A stretch of DNA of 11,440 bases from Longivirga aurantiaca (GCF_042660085.1 NZ_JBHSTI010000062.1:1-11440); one strand, 5' to 3'. Shown: positions 1 to 7,241, counted from the first letter of the stretch. Notes: generated by a model not told the origin, from the sequence alone. Program-made: numbers and translations.

Positions 1-611
1 CCGGGGACGATGTAGCCCTTGTCGTTGAGGCGCTCGTCGAGACCGGCGGTCACCACGGTGACGTCGACCCCGCGGCCGTCGAAGGCCTCGCGCAGCCGGT
101 CGAGGCCCTCGGGGGCCGCGAGCAGGCAGATCGCCGTGACGTCGGTGGCGCCGCGGCCGAGGAGCAGGTTGATCGCGTCGACCAGCGTGCCGCCGGTGGC
201 GAGCATCGGGTCGAGGACGAAGACCTGGCGCCCCGAGAGGTCGTGCGGCACGCGGTCGGCGTAGGTCGAGACGGTGAGCGACTCCTCGTCGCGGATCATG
301 CCGAGGAACCCGACCTCGGCGGTCGGCAGCAGCCGCACCATGCCGTCGAGCATGCCGAGGCCGGCGCGCAGGATCGGCACGACGAGCGGACGCGGGTCGG
401 CCAGCTTCACGCCCATCGCGGGGGCGACCGGCGTGCTGACGGCGACGCGCTCCACGCGGATGCTGCGCGTGGCCTCGTACGCGAGCAGCGTGACGAGCTC
501 GTCGGCGAGCCGGCGGAAGGTGGGCGAGTCGGTGCGGCCGTCGCGGAGGGTCGTCAGCTTGTGGGCGACGAGCGGGTGGTCGGCGACGTGGATGCGCAGG
601 CTCTCGGGCAT
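1..611 (-). CDS. upp: Uracil phosphoribosyltransferase, C-terminus truncated by the window edge
   Basis: Reverse-strand translation from the ATG at 611: [51 protein letters not shown]... ...[70 protein letters not shown]... This matches the Upp signature, including the PRPP-binding [10 protein letters not shown] loop. It is absent from the ORF track because it has no stop within the window. Confidence 0.96.
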   Translation of the reverse strand, partial: MPESLRIHVADHPLVAHKLTTLRDGRTDSPTFRRLADELVTLLAYEATRSIRVERVAVSTPVAPAMGVKLADPRPLVVPILRAGLGMLDGMVRLLPTAEVGFLGMIRDEESLTVSTYADRVPHDLSGRQVFVLDPMLATGGTLVDAINLLLGRGATDVTAICLLAAPEGLDRLREAFDGRGVDVTVVTAGLDERLNDKGYIVP

Positions 612-768
612 GGCCCGAAGGGTAAGGGGTCGGCGTCCGGCATGTGGCACCTGAGTCCAAGGTCACGCTCGGTCGCCACCGCCAGGCGGCAAAGGTGCAC
701 CGCGAGCGCGCGGCGTCTGTCACTCTGGGGGCGCCCGGTAGACCCGCACGCCCTGAAGGAGGTACGAC

Positions 769-1248
769 GTGGACGACACAGCAGTCGACTTCGCCGTCGC
801 CGCCTGGCGCGAGGACAACCTGTGGCAGCTCGTGACCCTGCCGCCGCGCGCCAGCGAGAGCCTCGACCTGATGATCGACGCGCTCCGCGCCCAGCCCGGC
901 GAGACGGGCACGATCGGCTTCGTGTCGATCGCGGAGGAGCTCTTCATCATCCTGCGCGTCCGCGGCGAGGACGTGCGCCTCCTGATCTCCGACGTGTTCG
1001 CGGCCGAGGACTGGCCGCTGGGCGTCGACGCCCTCGATCGGCTCGGGATCCCCGAGGAGGTCGAGTTCGAGGACTCCGAGCCCGCGGGCGACCTCCGCAT
1101 CGTGGACGACCTCGGGATCGGCCCGGAGGAGATCGAGCTCCTGCTCGACGACCCGGACATGTGGCCCGACGAGGTGCTGGCGAGCATCGCCGCGCGCATC
1201 GGCTTCGGCGAGCAGTTCGACGCCGCCCTCGAGCAGCTGCCCGACTGA
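769..1248 (+). CDS. tRNA adenosine deaminase-associated protein (small acidic actinobacterial protein encoded next to tadA)
   Basis: 159-aa ORF with a GTG start preceded by AAGGAGG at 756-762. Acidic sequence (…FAVAAWREDNLWQLVTLPPRASESLDLMIDALRAQPGETGTIGFVSIAEELFIILRVRGEDVRLLISD…), directly upstream of tadA. Confidence 0.85.
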   Translation: MDDTAVDFAVAAWREDNLWQLVTLPPRASESLDLMIDALRAQPGETGTIGFVSIAEELFIILRVRGEDVRLLISDVFAAEDWPLGVDALDRLGIPEEVEFEDSEPAGDLRIVDDLGIGPEEIELLLDDPDMWPDEVLASIAARIGFGEQFDAALEQLPD

Positions 1249-1316
1249 CCCGGCGCTGCCGCTCTGGATGCCTGAGGATCCCCTCCGGGTGACCGTGGGG
1301 CATCCGGATCGGGCCA

Positions 1317-1808
1317 GTGCGCGATGATCGGGACGTGCAGCCACGCCCGACCGACGTCGACGCCGTACGCCGTGCCCTCGAGCAGGCGCGCCGCGCCGGT
1401 GCGGCGGGCGAGGTGCCGATCGGCGCGGTCGTGATCGGCCCCGACGGCGATGTGCTCGGCGTCGGCGCCAACGAGCGGGAGGCCACCCACGACCCCACCG
1501 CGCATGCCGAGGTGGTCGCGCTGCGTGCGGCGGCGTCATCCCTCGGCACGTGGAGGCTCGACGGCTGCGTCCTCGCCGTCACGCTCGAGCCGTGCCCGAT
1601 GTGTGCAGGGGCCGCGTGGCTCTCGCGGGTGGACCGCGTGGTGTTCGGCGCGTGGAACACCGAGTACGGCGCAGCCGGCTCGCTCTGGGACGTGCTGCGC
1701 GACGGCCGTCTCAACCACCGGCCCGAGGTCGTGGCCGGAGTGCTCGCCGACGAGTGCTCCGCCGTCCTCGCCGACTTCTTCGCCGCCCGCCGTACCGCCG
1801 CCGACTGA
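1317..1808 (+). CDS. tadA: tRNA-specific adenosine deaminase (nucleoside/cytidine deaminase fold)
   Basis: 163-aa ORF with the zinc/catalytic motifs THDPTAHAEVVALR and LEPCPMCAGA, and PIGAVV at the N-terminus. The exact start (GTG 1317) is uncertain. Confidence 0.93.
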   Translation: MRDDRDVQPRPTDVDAVRRALEQARRAGAAGEVPIGAVVIGPDGDVLGVGANEREATHDPTAHAEVVALRAAASSLGTWRLDGCVLAVTLEPCPMCAGAAWLSRVDRVVFGAWNTEYGAAGSLWDVLRDGRLNHRPEVVAGVLADECSAVLADFFAARRTAAD

Positions 1809-1820
1809 CGGACGCGAGTG

Positions 1821-1870
1821 ACTGCCCAAATGGTCGCTGAACGGCCTGCTTCAACGACCGTTTGGGCAGT
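1821..1870. terminator. Near-perfect inverted repeat, probably a bidirectional terminator between convergent genes
   Basis: Left arm ACTGCCCAAATGGTCGCTGAA (1821-1841), 8-nt loop CGGCCTGC, right arm TTCAACGACCGTTTGGGCAGT (1850-1870). 19 of 21 positions are Watson-Crick pairs, plus one G:U in the plus-strand transcript. It lies between the tadA stop (1808) and the stop of the minus-strand acyl-CoA dehydrogenase (1883). Confidence 0.7.
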
Positions 1871-1882
1871 AACTCGGAGCCC

Positions 1883-3115
1883 CTAGCTGCGCGGGGGGAG
1901 GTAGGGCTTGAGCTGCTCGCGGGCGATGCTGCGCAGGTGCACCTCGTCGGGGCCATCGGCCAGGCGCAGGGTGCGCAGGCCCGCCCACATCTCGGCGAGC
2001 GGGAAGTCGCCGGAGACTCCGGCTGCGCCGTGCACCTGGATCGCCTTGTCGAGCACCCACAGCGCCTCGCGCGGCGCCACGACCTTGATGGCCGCGATCT
2101 CCGTGGCCGCGCCCCGTACGCCGACCGTGTCGATGAGCCACGCCGTCTTCATCGTGAGCAGCCGCGCCTGCTCGAGGCGGATGCGCGACTCCGCGATCCA
2201 CTCGCGCACCACGCCCTGGTCGGACAGCGGACGGCCGAACGCCGTACGCGCCACCGCGCGCTCGCACATGAGCTCGAGCGCCCGCTCGGCCATGCCGAGG
2301 GAGCGCATGCAGTGGTGGATACGGCCGGGGCCGAGGCGGGCCTGGGCCATCATGAAGCCGCCGCCGCGAGGCCCGAGGAGGTTCTCCTTCGGCACGCGCA
2401 CGTGGTCGAAGTCGATGACGCCGTGGCCGCCGTGCGAGCCGTCGTCGTACCCGAAGACGGTTGTCGATCGCTCGATGGTCACGCCCGGGGCATCGAGCGG
2501 CACGAGGATCATCGACTGGCGCGCGTGCCGCGCGTTGTCGGGGTCGCTCACGCCCATGACGATCGCGATCCTGCACTCGGGGCGCATCGCGCCGGTCGAC
2601 CACCACTTGCGGCCGTGCACCACGTAGTGGTCGCCGTCCTCGATGATCGTGGCGGCGATGTTGGTGGCGTCGGACGACGCGACGTCGGGCTCGGTCATCG
2701 AGAAGCACGAGCGGATCTCGCCGGCCAGCAGGGGGTCGAGCCACTGCTCGCGCTGCTCCGGCGTGGCGAACATGTGCAGCAGCTCCATGTTGCCGGTGTC
2801 GGGCGCGTTGCAGTTCATGGCCTCGGGCGCGATGTGCGCCGAGCGGCCCGACAGCTCGGCGATCGGCGCGTACTCCAGCACCGACAGGCCCGCGCCGTGC
2901 TCGGCGTCGGGGAGGAAGAGGTTCCAGAGCCCCTGGCTGCGCGCTTCGACCTTGAGGCCGGCCAGCACCTCCGGCGTGCGGAACGGCGTACCCGCAGCGC
3001 GGTACGCCGCTGCCTGCCCTTCGAAGGTGTGCTCGGCGGGGTAGACGTGCTCGTCGAGGAACGTGCGCACCTGCTCCTGCAGCGCGAGCGATCGGTCGCT
3101 GTGCCGGAAGTCCAT
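1883..3115 (-). CDS. Acyl-CoA dehydrogenase family protein (ACAD10/11-like context)
   Basis: 410 aa from MDFRHSDRSLALQEQVRTFLDEHVYPAE… with typical ACAD features (CFSMTEPDVASSDATNI, GGHGVIDFDHVRVPKENLLG, RTAFGRPLSDQG, IQVHGAAGVSGDFPLAEMW). AAGGGG lies upstream of the ATG at 3115. An alternative in-frame start is at 3130. The 751-aa ORF in the track (1883..4138) is an over-extension through the neighbouring gene. Confidence 0.93.
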   Translation of the reverse strand: MDFRHSDRSLALQEQVRTFLDEHVYPAEHTFEGQAAAYRAAGTPFRTPEVLAGLKVEARSQGLWNLFLPDAEHGAGLSVLEYAPIAELSGRSAHIAPEAMNCNAPDTGNMELLHMFATPEQREQWLDPLLAGEIRSCFSMTEPDVASSDATNIAATIIEDGDHYVVHGRKWWSTGAMRPECRIAIVMGVSDPDNARHARQSMILVPLDAPGVTIERSTTVFGYDDGSHGGHGVIDFDHVRVPKENLLGPRGGGFMMAQARLGPGRIHHCMRSLGMAERALELMCERAVARTAFGRPLSDQGVVREWIAESRIRLEQARLLTMKTAWLIDTVGVRGAATEIAAIKVVAPREALWVLDKAIQVHGAAGVSGDFPLAEMWAGLRTLRLADGPDEVHLRSIAREQLKPYLPPRS

Positions 3116-3159
3116 CGTCGTCCCCTTCATCGGTTCGTGCGAGTACGTCGTACGTGGGG

Positions 3160-4179
3160 TCAGAGCCGGTCGAGCCAGTGCCGCGACGCGTCGAGCAGGC
3201 GCGGCACGTAGACGCCGACACTGCCGAAGCCGTCGCCGACGGTCTTGCCCTGCAGGTAGCGGGCGTGGATCCCCTCGGCGATGACCGCGAGCTTGAACCA
3301 CCCGAACGCGACGTACCAGGGGAGCGCGGTGAGGTCGCGGGTCGAGCCGGCGGCGTACCGCTCCACCATCGACGTCGGCGAGAGGAAGCCGGCGCCCTCC
3401 GTCATCGGCGCTGCGCCGAACATCCCCTGCTCGCCGAGGGTCTGGTAGACGACGAGGAGGCCGACGTCGGTGAGCGGGTCGCCGAGCGTGGCCATCTCCC
3501 AGTCGACGACGGCCGCGATGCGTGTGACGTCGTGGCTGTAGAGCACGTTGGTGAGCCGGTAGTCGCCGTGCACGATCCCGGGCGCCTGCTGCTCGGGCGT
3601 GCGCGCGGTGAGCCCGGCGACGAGCGCCTCGAGGCCCGCGCGCGGCTCGGTCTCGCTCGCCTCCCACTGCGTGCGCCAGCGCTTCACCTGGCGCTCGAGG
3701 AACCCGTGCGGCTTGCCGAACTGCTCGAGCCCGACCTCGGCCGGGTCGACCGCGTGCAGCGCGAGGAGCGTGTCGACCAGCAGCTCGCACGAGCGGCGCG
3801 CGTCGTCGGCGGTGAGCCGGCCGAGGACGTCGGGGTTGTCGAGGACGACGCCGTCGACGTACGACATGAGGTAGAACGGCGCGCCGTTGACGTCGACGTC
3901 CTCGCAGAGCACGACCGGTGCGGCCACGGGGACGGCGGTGCCGTGCAGCGCGCTGATCACGCGGAACTCGCGGGTCATGTCGTGCGCGGTGGAGAGCACG
4001 TGCCCGAGCGGAGGACGGCGCAGCGCCCACGTGCTCGTGCCGTCCGTGACCCGGTAGGTGAGGTTGGACAGGCCGCCCACGATCACCTCGGCCTGCAGCG
4101 GCCCCCGCCGCAGCCCGGGCGCGGTCGAGTCGAGCCACCCTGTCACCGCATCGAGGTCCAGCCCCGGAAGCCCGCTCAC
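3160..4179 (-). CDS. Phosphotransferase family protein (aminoglycoside phosphotransferase/choline kinase-like fold, APH)
   Basis: 339-aa ORF with a GTG start. Kinase-like motifs: GGLSNLTYRVTDG, WALRRPPLG (Lys-equivalent strand), PGIVHGDYRLTNVLY (Brenner-like catalytic loop HGDyrltN) and VVDWEMATLGDPLTDVG (metal-binding D). Confidence 0.92.
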   Translation of the reverse strand: MSGLPGLDLDAVTGWLDSTAPGLRRGPLQAEVIVGGLSNLTYRVTDGTSTWALRRPPLGHVLSTAHDMTREFRVISALHGTAVPVAAPVVLCEDVDVNGAPFYLMSYVDGVVLDNPDVLGRLTADDARRSCELLVDTLLALHAVDPAEVGLEQFGKPHGFLERQVKRWRTQWEASETEPRAGLEALVAGLTARTPEQQAPGIVHGDYRLTNVLYSHDVTRIAAVVDWEMATLGDPLTDVGLLVVYQTLGEQGMFGAAPMTEGAGFLSPTSMVERYAAGSTRDLTALPWYVAFGWFKLAVIAEGIHARYLQGKTVGDGFGSVGVYVPRLLDASRHWLDRL

Positions 4180-4201
4180 CCCCCGACGCTATCCCTGCGG
4201 G

Positions 4202-4255
4202 GTTTGCGATGAAGGGGGCCTTCGTTGCTCAGAGCGCAACAATCTGACCCTTCAC
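4202..4255 (+). repeat. Dispersed structured repeat, copy A (54 nt)
   Basis: GTTTGCGATGAAGGGGGCCTTCGTTGCTCAGAGCGCAACAATCTGACCCTTCAC. Aligns without gaps to the reverse complements of 5646-5699 and 7342-7395. Confidence 0.85.
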
Positions 4256-4277
4256 GGGTACATCTGCCGGCTCGCTC

Positions 4278-4376
4278 GTTCGCGATGAAGGCATGGGCCC
4301 CCGCCGGGCGAGAATGGGCGAAGCCCTCGCCCGGTAGGGGACTTCATCCAATAGAGCCGAACAACCCTTCCCATCA
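4278..4376 (+). repeat. Dispersed structured repeat, copy D (expanded/degenerate variant with internal hairpin)
   Basis: Has GTTCGCGATGAAGGC (4278-4292) and CTTCATCCAATAGAGCCGAACAA (4342-4364). The latter is an exact 23-nt match to the reverse complement of copy C. The two blocks are separated by 49 nt instead of 3 nt. Confidence 0.75.
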
Positions 4377-4405
4377 TGCTCGGCGTGTGGCCGGTGCAGC
4401 GCCCG

Positions 4406-5191
4406 TCAGCCGCCGAGGCGCGGGACGCCGAGCTTCACCTGCAGGCCGTTCATCTGCGCCAGCCACCGGTCGGGATCGCCCGCGCGGGCGGCGTAGAACT
4501 GCGCCACCTCGGGGTGCGGCAGCACGAGGAACCTGTCGTCGCCGAACGCCTGCCACACCACCTCGGCCACCTGCTCCGGCTCGAGCGTGCCCTCGTTGTC
4601 CAGCAGCGGCGCCACGGCGCCGACGTCCGCGATCATCGCCGTCCGCACCCCCTGCGGGCACAGCGCCTGCACCACCACGCCCCGGTCGCGGTACGTCGCC
4701 GACAGCCACTCCGCGAACGCCACGGCCCCGTGCTTGGTCACGCTGTACGACGCGTCGCCCACCATCGTGAGCAGGCCCGCCGCGGACGCCGTCACCACGA
4801 ACCGCCCGCCGCCGCCGTCCGCCAGCCATCCGGGCACGAGCGCCCGAGCGGCCCGTACGTGCGCCATCAGGTTGATGTCGATGACCCGCGCCCACTCGGC
4901 GTCGGTCGTCTCGAGCCCGTGCATCACGCCGACCCCTGCGTTGGCGACGTACACGTCGATCCGGCCGAGGTACGTCGTCGCCTCGGCCACCAGATGCGCG
5001 ATCCCTCCCTCGCTCGCGCAGTCACCGGGCACGGCGAGGCCGCCGATCTCGGCCGCGACCGCCTCCGCTCCCGCGGCGTCGAGGTCGTTCACGACGACCC
5101 GCAGGCCCTCCGCGGCGAGGCGCCGGGCGATCGCCCGCCCGATGCCGCCGGCGGCGCCTGTGACGACTGCTCCGAGGGGCGCGCTGCTCAC
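4406..5191 (-). CDS. SDR family NAD(P)-dependent oxidoreductase
   Basis: 261-aa ORF with a GTG start preceded by AGGAGG. Rossmann motif TGAAGGIGRAIA, NAG motif (VANAG) and the catalytic S…YSVTK motif. Confidence 0.94.
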   Translation of the reverse strand: MSSAPLGAVVTGAAGGIGRAIARRLAAEGLRVVVNDLDAAGAEAVAAEIGGLAVPGDCASEGGIAHLVAEATTYLGRIDVYVANAGVGVMHGLETTDAEWARVIDINLMAHVRAARALVPGWLADGGGGRFVVTASAAGLLTMVGDASYSVTKHGAVAFAEWLSATYRDRGVVVQALCPQGVRTAMIADVGAVAPLLDNEGTLEPEQVAEVVWQAFGDDRFLVLPHPEVAQFYAARAGDPDRWLAQMNGLQVKLGVPRLGG

Positions 5192-5301
5192 GGTTCCTCC
5201 TGGTTGCCCGGCTGATCGCCTCGCACGCTAGACCGGTCCGGCGCCCCGCGGGGCCCGTGGCGCCGGTCACCCTCCCCGTGCGCCCCGGTCCCGGCCGATT
5301 T

Positions 5302-5329
5302 CTGACTGACCGCCCGGACCTTGTACTCT
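5302..5329 (+). promoter_or_regulatory. Putative sigma70-type promoter for tRNA-Ser
   Basis: CTGACT (5302-5307), 16-nt spacer, TACTCT (5324-5329, TAnnnT type), placed 7 nt before the mature tRNA 5' end at 5337. Weak consensus match on the -35 side. Confidence 0.4.
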
Positions 5330-5336
5330 CCTCGGC

Positions 5337-5424
5337 GGTGGCGTGTCCGAGCGGCCGAAGGAGCACGCCTCGAAAGCGTGTGAGGTGCAAGCCTCCGTGG
5401 GTTCAAATCCCACCGCCACCGCCA
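5337..5424 (+). tRNA. tRNA-Ser(CGA) with encoded CCA
   Basis: Acceptor GGTGGCG (5337-5343) pairs with CGCCACC (5414-5420). Anticodon arm is CACGC-CTCGAAA-GCGTG with anticodon CGA. It has a long class II variable arm (TGAGGTGCAAGCCTCC) and T-arm GTGGG-TTCAAAT-CCCAC. Discriminator G is at 5421 and CCA at 5422-5424. Confidence 0.97.
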
Positions 5425-5470
5425 TAACGACAGGAGCGCTCCCCTTCAGGGGAGCGCTCCTGTCGTTATG
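5423..5470 (+). terminator. Perfect 22-bp hairpin with 4-nt loop abutting the tRNA 3' end
   Basis: CATAACGACAGGAGCGCTCCCC (5423-5444), loop TTCA, GGGGAGCGCTCCTGTCGTTATG (5449-5470), with no mismatches. There is no U-tract after it. Confidence 0.85.
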
Positions 5471-5593
5471 CCGGTGGCCCCTCTGATTTGGGAGGAGCAC
5501 CGCCCACCCGGCGCCCCTGCCCCGCCCGATCCCCCCGGCCGAAGGCCGCTCCATCGCCGCGGGCCCGAGCGCCGCACCTGGCCGGCTCGACGG

Positions 5594-5609
5594 ATCCCAC
5601 CGCCACCGC
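5594..5609 (+). repeat. 16-nt direct repeat of the tRNA-Ser 3' end
   Basis: ATCCCACCGCCACCGC occurs at 5407-5422 (end of the tRNA) and again at 5594-5609. Confidence 0.7.
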
Positions 5610-5645
5610 GATGCGCGTGGACGTCGTACGCCGCTCGCCGCGTCG

Positions 5646-5699
5646 ATGAAGGCCGGATTTGTTGCGCTCTTAGCAACGAAGGGCCCCTTCATGGCAAAC
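5646..5699 (-). repeat. Dispersed structured repeat, copy B (54 nt, reverse orientation)
   Basis: Reverse complement is GTTTGCCATGAAGGGGCCCTTCGTTGCTAAGAGCGCAACAAATCCGGCCTTCAT. It matches copy A at 44 of 54 positions by manual alignment without gaps. Confidence 0.85.
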
Positions 5700-5708
5700 G
5701 TGCGCGGG

Positions 5709-6071
5709 TCAGGAGCCGAGCAGCAGCCAGAGCACGAGCATGAAGGCGCCGATCAGCGCGACCCCGAGCGACAGCGCCTGCGGCGCCCTCCCGCGCGGCG
5801 GCAGCTCGCCGGCGCGGATCGCTCGGTCGGCTGCCTCATAGCGACGCCAGCCGGCCAGCGACGCGATCGACCCCGCGATGAGCAGCGCGAGGCCCAGCGG
5901 CACACGGGTGCGCAGCTCGGTGCCGAACTGCAGGACGGCGAGGCCGACGGCGACGAGCGAGAGCCCGGTGCGTGCCCAGGCCAGCACCGTGCGCTCGTTG
6001 GCGAGCAGGAACCGCGTGTCGACGTCGACGCGGTCGTGGTGCGTGCGCGTTGCCGGCTCGTCGCTGCTCAC
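5709..6071 (-). CDS. YidH/DUF202 family small membrane protein
   Basis: 120 aa containing the family motif LANERTVLAWARTGLSLVAVGLAVLQF and additional hydrophobic segments. Confidence 0.88.
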   Translation of the reverse strand: MSSDEPATRTHHDRVDVDTRFLLANERTVLAWARTGLSLVAVGLAVLQFGTELRTRVPLGLALLIAGSIASLAGWRRYEAADRAIRAGELPPRGRAPQALSLGVALIGAFMLVLWLLLGS

Positions 6072-6134
6072 GTCCGCAGCCTAGAGCCGTGAACGCCGAC
6101 GCCGGCGTGGTCCTGGCGGTTCGTCGTACGCCGG

Positions 6135-7241
6135 TCAGGGGCTGGCGGCGAGCACGAGGAACGCGGCCATGATCGCGAGGTGCACCGCGCCCTGCAGGCG
6201 CGTGGCGCGACCCGGTACGACGGTGAGCGCCCCGACCACGACCGTCAGGCCGAACAGCACGAGCTGCGTGGCGCCGAGCCCGAGCAGGAGCGGGCCGTCG
6301 AGCCAGATCGACGCGATGGCGATCACGGGGATGGTGAGACCGATGCTCGCCATGGCCGAGCCGAACGCGAGGTTGATCGCGACCTGGGTGCGGTTGCGGC
6401 GCGCGGCGCGGACGGCCGCGAGCGACTCCGGCAGCAGCACGAGCAGCGCGATGACCACGCCGACGACCGCCTGCGGCAGTCCGGCACCGGCTACGGCGTC
6501 CTCGATGAACGGCGACTCCACCTTCGCCAGCCCCACGACGACGACGAGCGAGAGCAGCAGCAGGCCGAGGCTCGACAGCGCGGCGCGCCCGGTGGGCGGA
6601 TCGGCGTGGATGTCGGGGTCGTCGGCGTCGATCGGCACCTCGACGGGGAGGAAGAAGTCGCGGTGCCTCACCGTCTGGGTGATGACGAAGACGCCGTACA
6701 GCGCCGCGGACGCGAGCGCCGCGAACACCAGCTGCACGGTGTTGTACTCCGGCCCCGGGACGCTCGTGGTGAACGACGGGAGCACGAGCGTGAGCGTGGT
6801 CAGCGTCGCGACCGTGGCAAGGGCTGCGCCGCTGCCCTCGGCGTTGAACAGCGCCATGCCGTGCTTGCTCGACGCCGCGAGCAGCGAGATGCCGAGGATG
6901 CCGTTGCACGTGATCATCACCGCGGCGAAGACGGTGTCGCGCGCGAGGCTCGAGGCGCCCGTGCCGCCGGCCGACATCAGCGTGACGATCAGGCCGACCT
7001 CGATGATCGTCACGGCCACCGCGAGCGTGAGCGAGCCGAACGGCTCGCCGACCTTGTGCGCGATCACCTCGGCGTGATGGACGGCGGCAAGGACGGCGCC
7101 GCCGAGGGCGAGCGCGGCTCCGACTGCCGCGAGCACCGGCAGGTCGCGGCCCCACGTGGCCACGAGCACGACCAGCCCGATCACCGGGCCGAGGGTGGAC
7201 AGCGTGGGCCAGCGGGACGTCGAGCTCGTCGCGGCTGCCAT
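6135..7241 (-). CDS. Calcium:proton antiporter, ChaA-like (CaCA/sodium-calcium exchanger superfamily)
   Basis: 368 aa, multiple transmembrane segments, duplicated alpha-repeat-like motifs (GEPFGSLTLAVAVTIIEVGLIV and VVIALLVLLPESLAAVRAARRNRTQVAINLAFGSAMASIGLTIPV). Confidence 0.9.
   Translation of the reverse strand: MAAATSSTSRWPTLSTLGPVIGLVVLVATWGRDLPVLAAVGAALALGGAVLAAVHHAEVIAHKVGEPFGSLTLAVAVTIIEVGLIVTLMSAGGTGASSLARDTVFAAVMITCNGILGISLLAASSKHGMALFNAEGSGAALATVATLTTLTLVLPSFTTSVPGPEYNTVQLVFAALASAALYGVFVITQTVRHRDFFLPVEVPIDADDPDIHADPPTGRAALSSLGLLLLSLVVVVGLAKVESPFIEDAVAGAGLPQAVVGVVIALLVLLPESLAAVRAARRNRTQVAINLAFGSAMASIGLTIPVIAIASIWLDGPLLLGLGATQLVLFGLTVVVGALTVVPGRATRLQGAVHLAIMAAFLVLAASP

Noticed and set aside
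243-1292. 349-aa plus-strand ORF antisense to upp and overlapping the tadA-associated gene
   Set aside because: Antisense/out-of-frame to confidently identified genes, with no domain-like sequence.
3135-3153. Short palindromic GTACGTCGTACG-type words near the phosphotransferase/ACAD junction
   Set aside because: Very short, and similar GTACG/CGTAC words occur repeatedly in this high-GC sequence. There is no spacing or partner motif to support an operator.
1851-3221. Long overlapping ORFs (456 aa -, and 449 aa + at 1862..3211) over the acyl-CoA dehydrogenase
   Set aside because: Alternate-frame ORFs in high-GC DNA. The 1883..3115 frame encodes a clear acyl-CoA dehydrogenase.
3160-4179. Possible aminoglycoside resistance gene based on the APH fold
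   Set aside because: Family-level APH motifs also occur in metabolic kinases. Linkage to an acyl-CoA dehydrogenase and an SDR argues for a catabolic role, not drug resistance.
3154-4212. 352-aa plus-strand ORF opposite the phosphotransferase gene
   Set aside because: The minus-strand frame encodes clear APH-family motifs (HGDYRLTN, DWEMATLGDP). The plus-strand product is low-complexity and Arg/Glu/His-rich.
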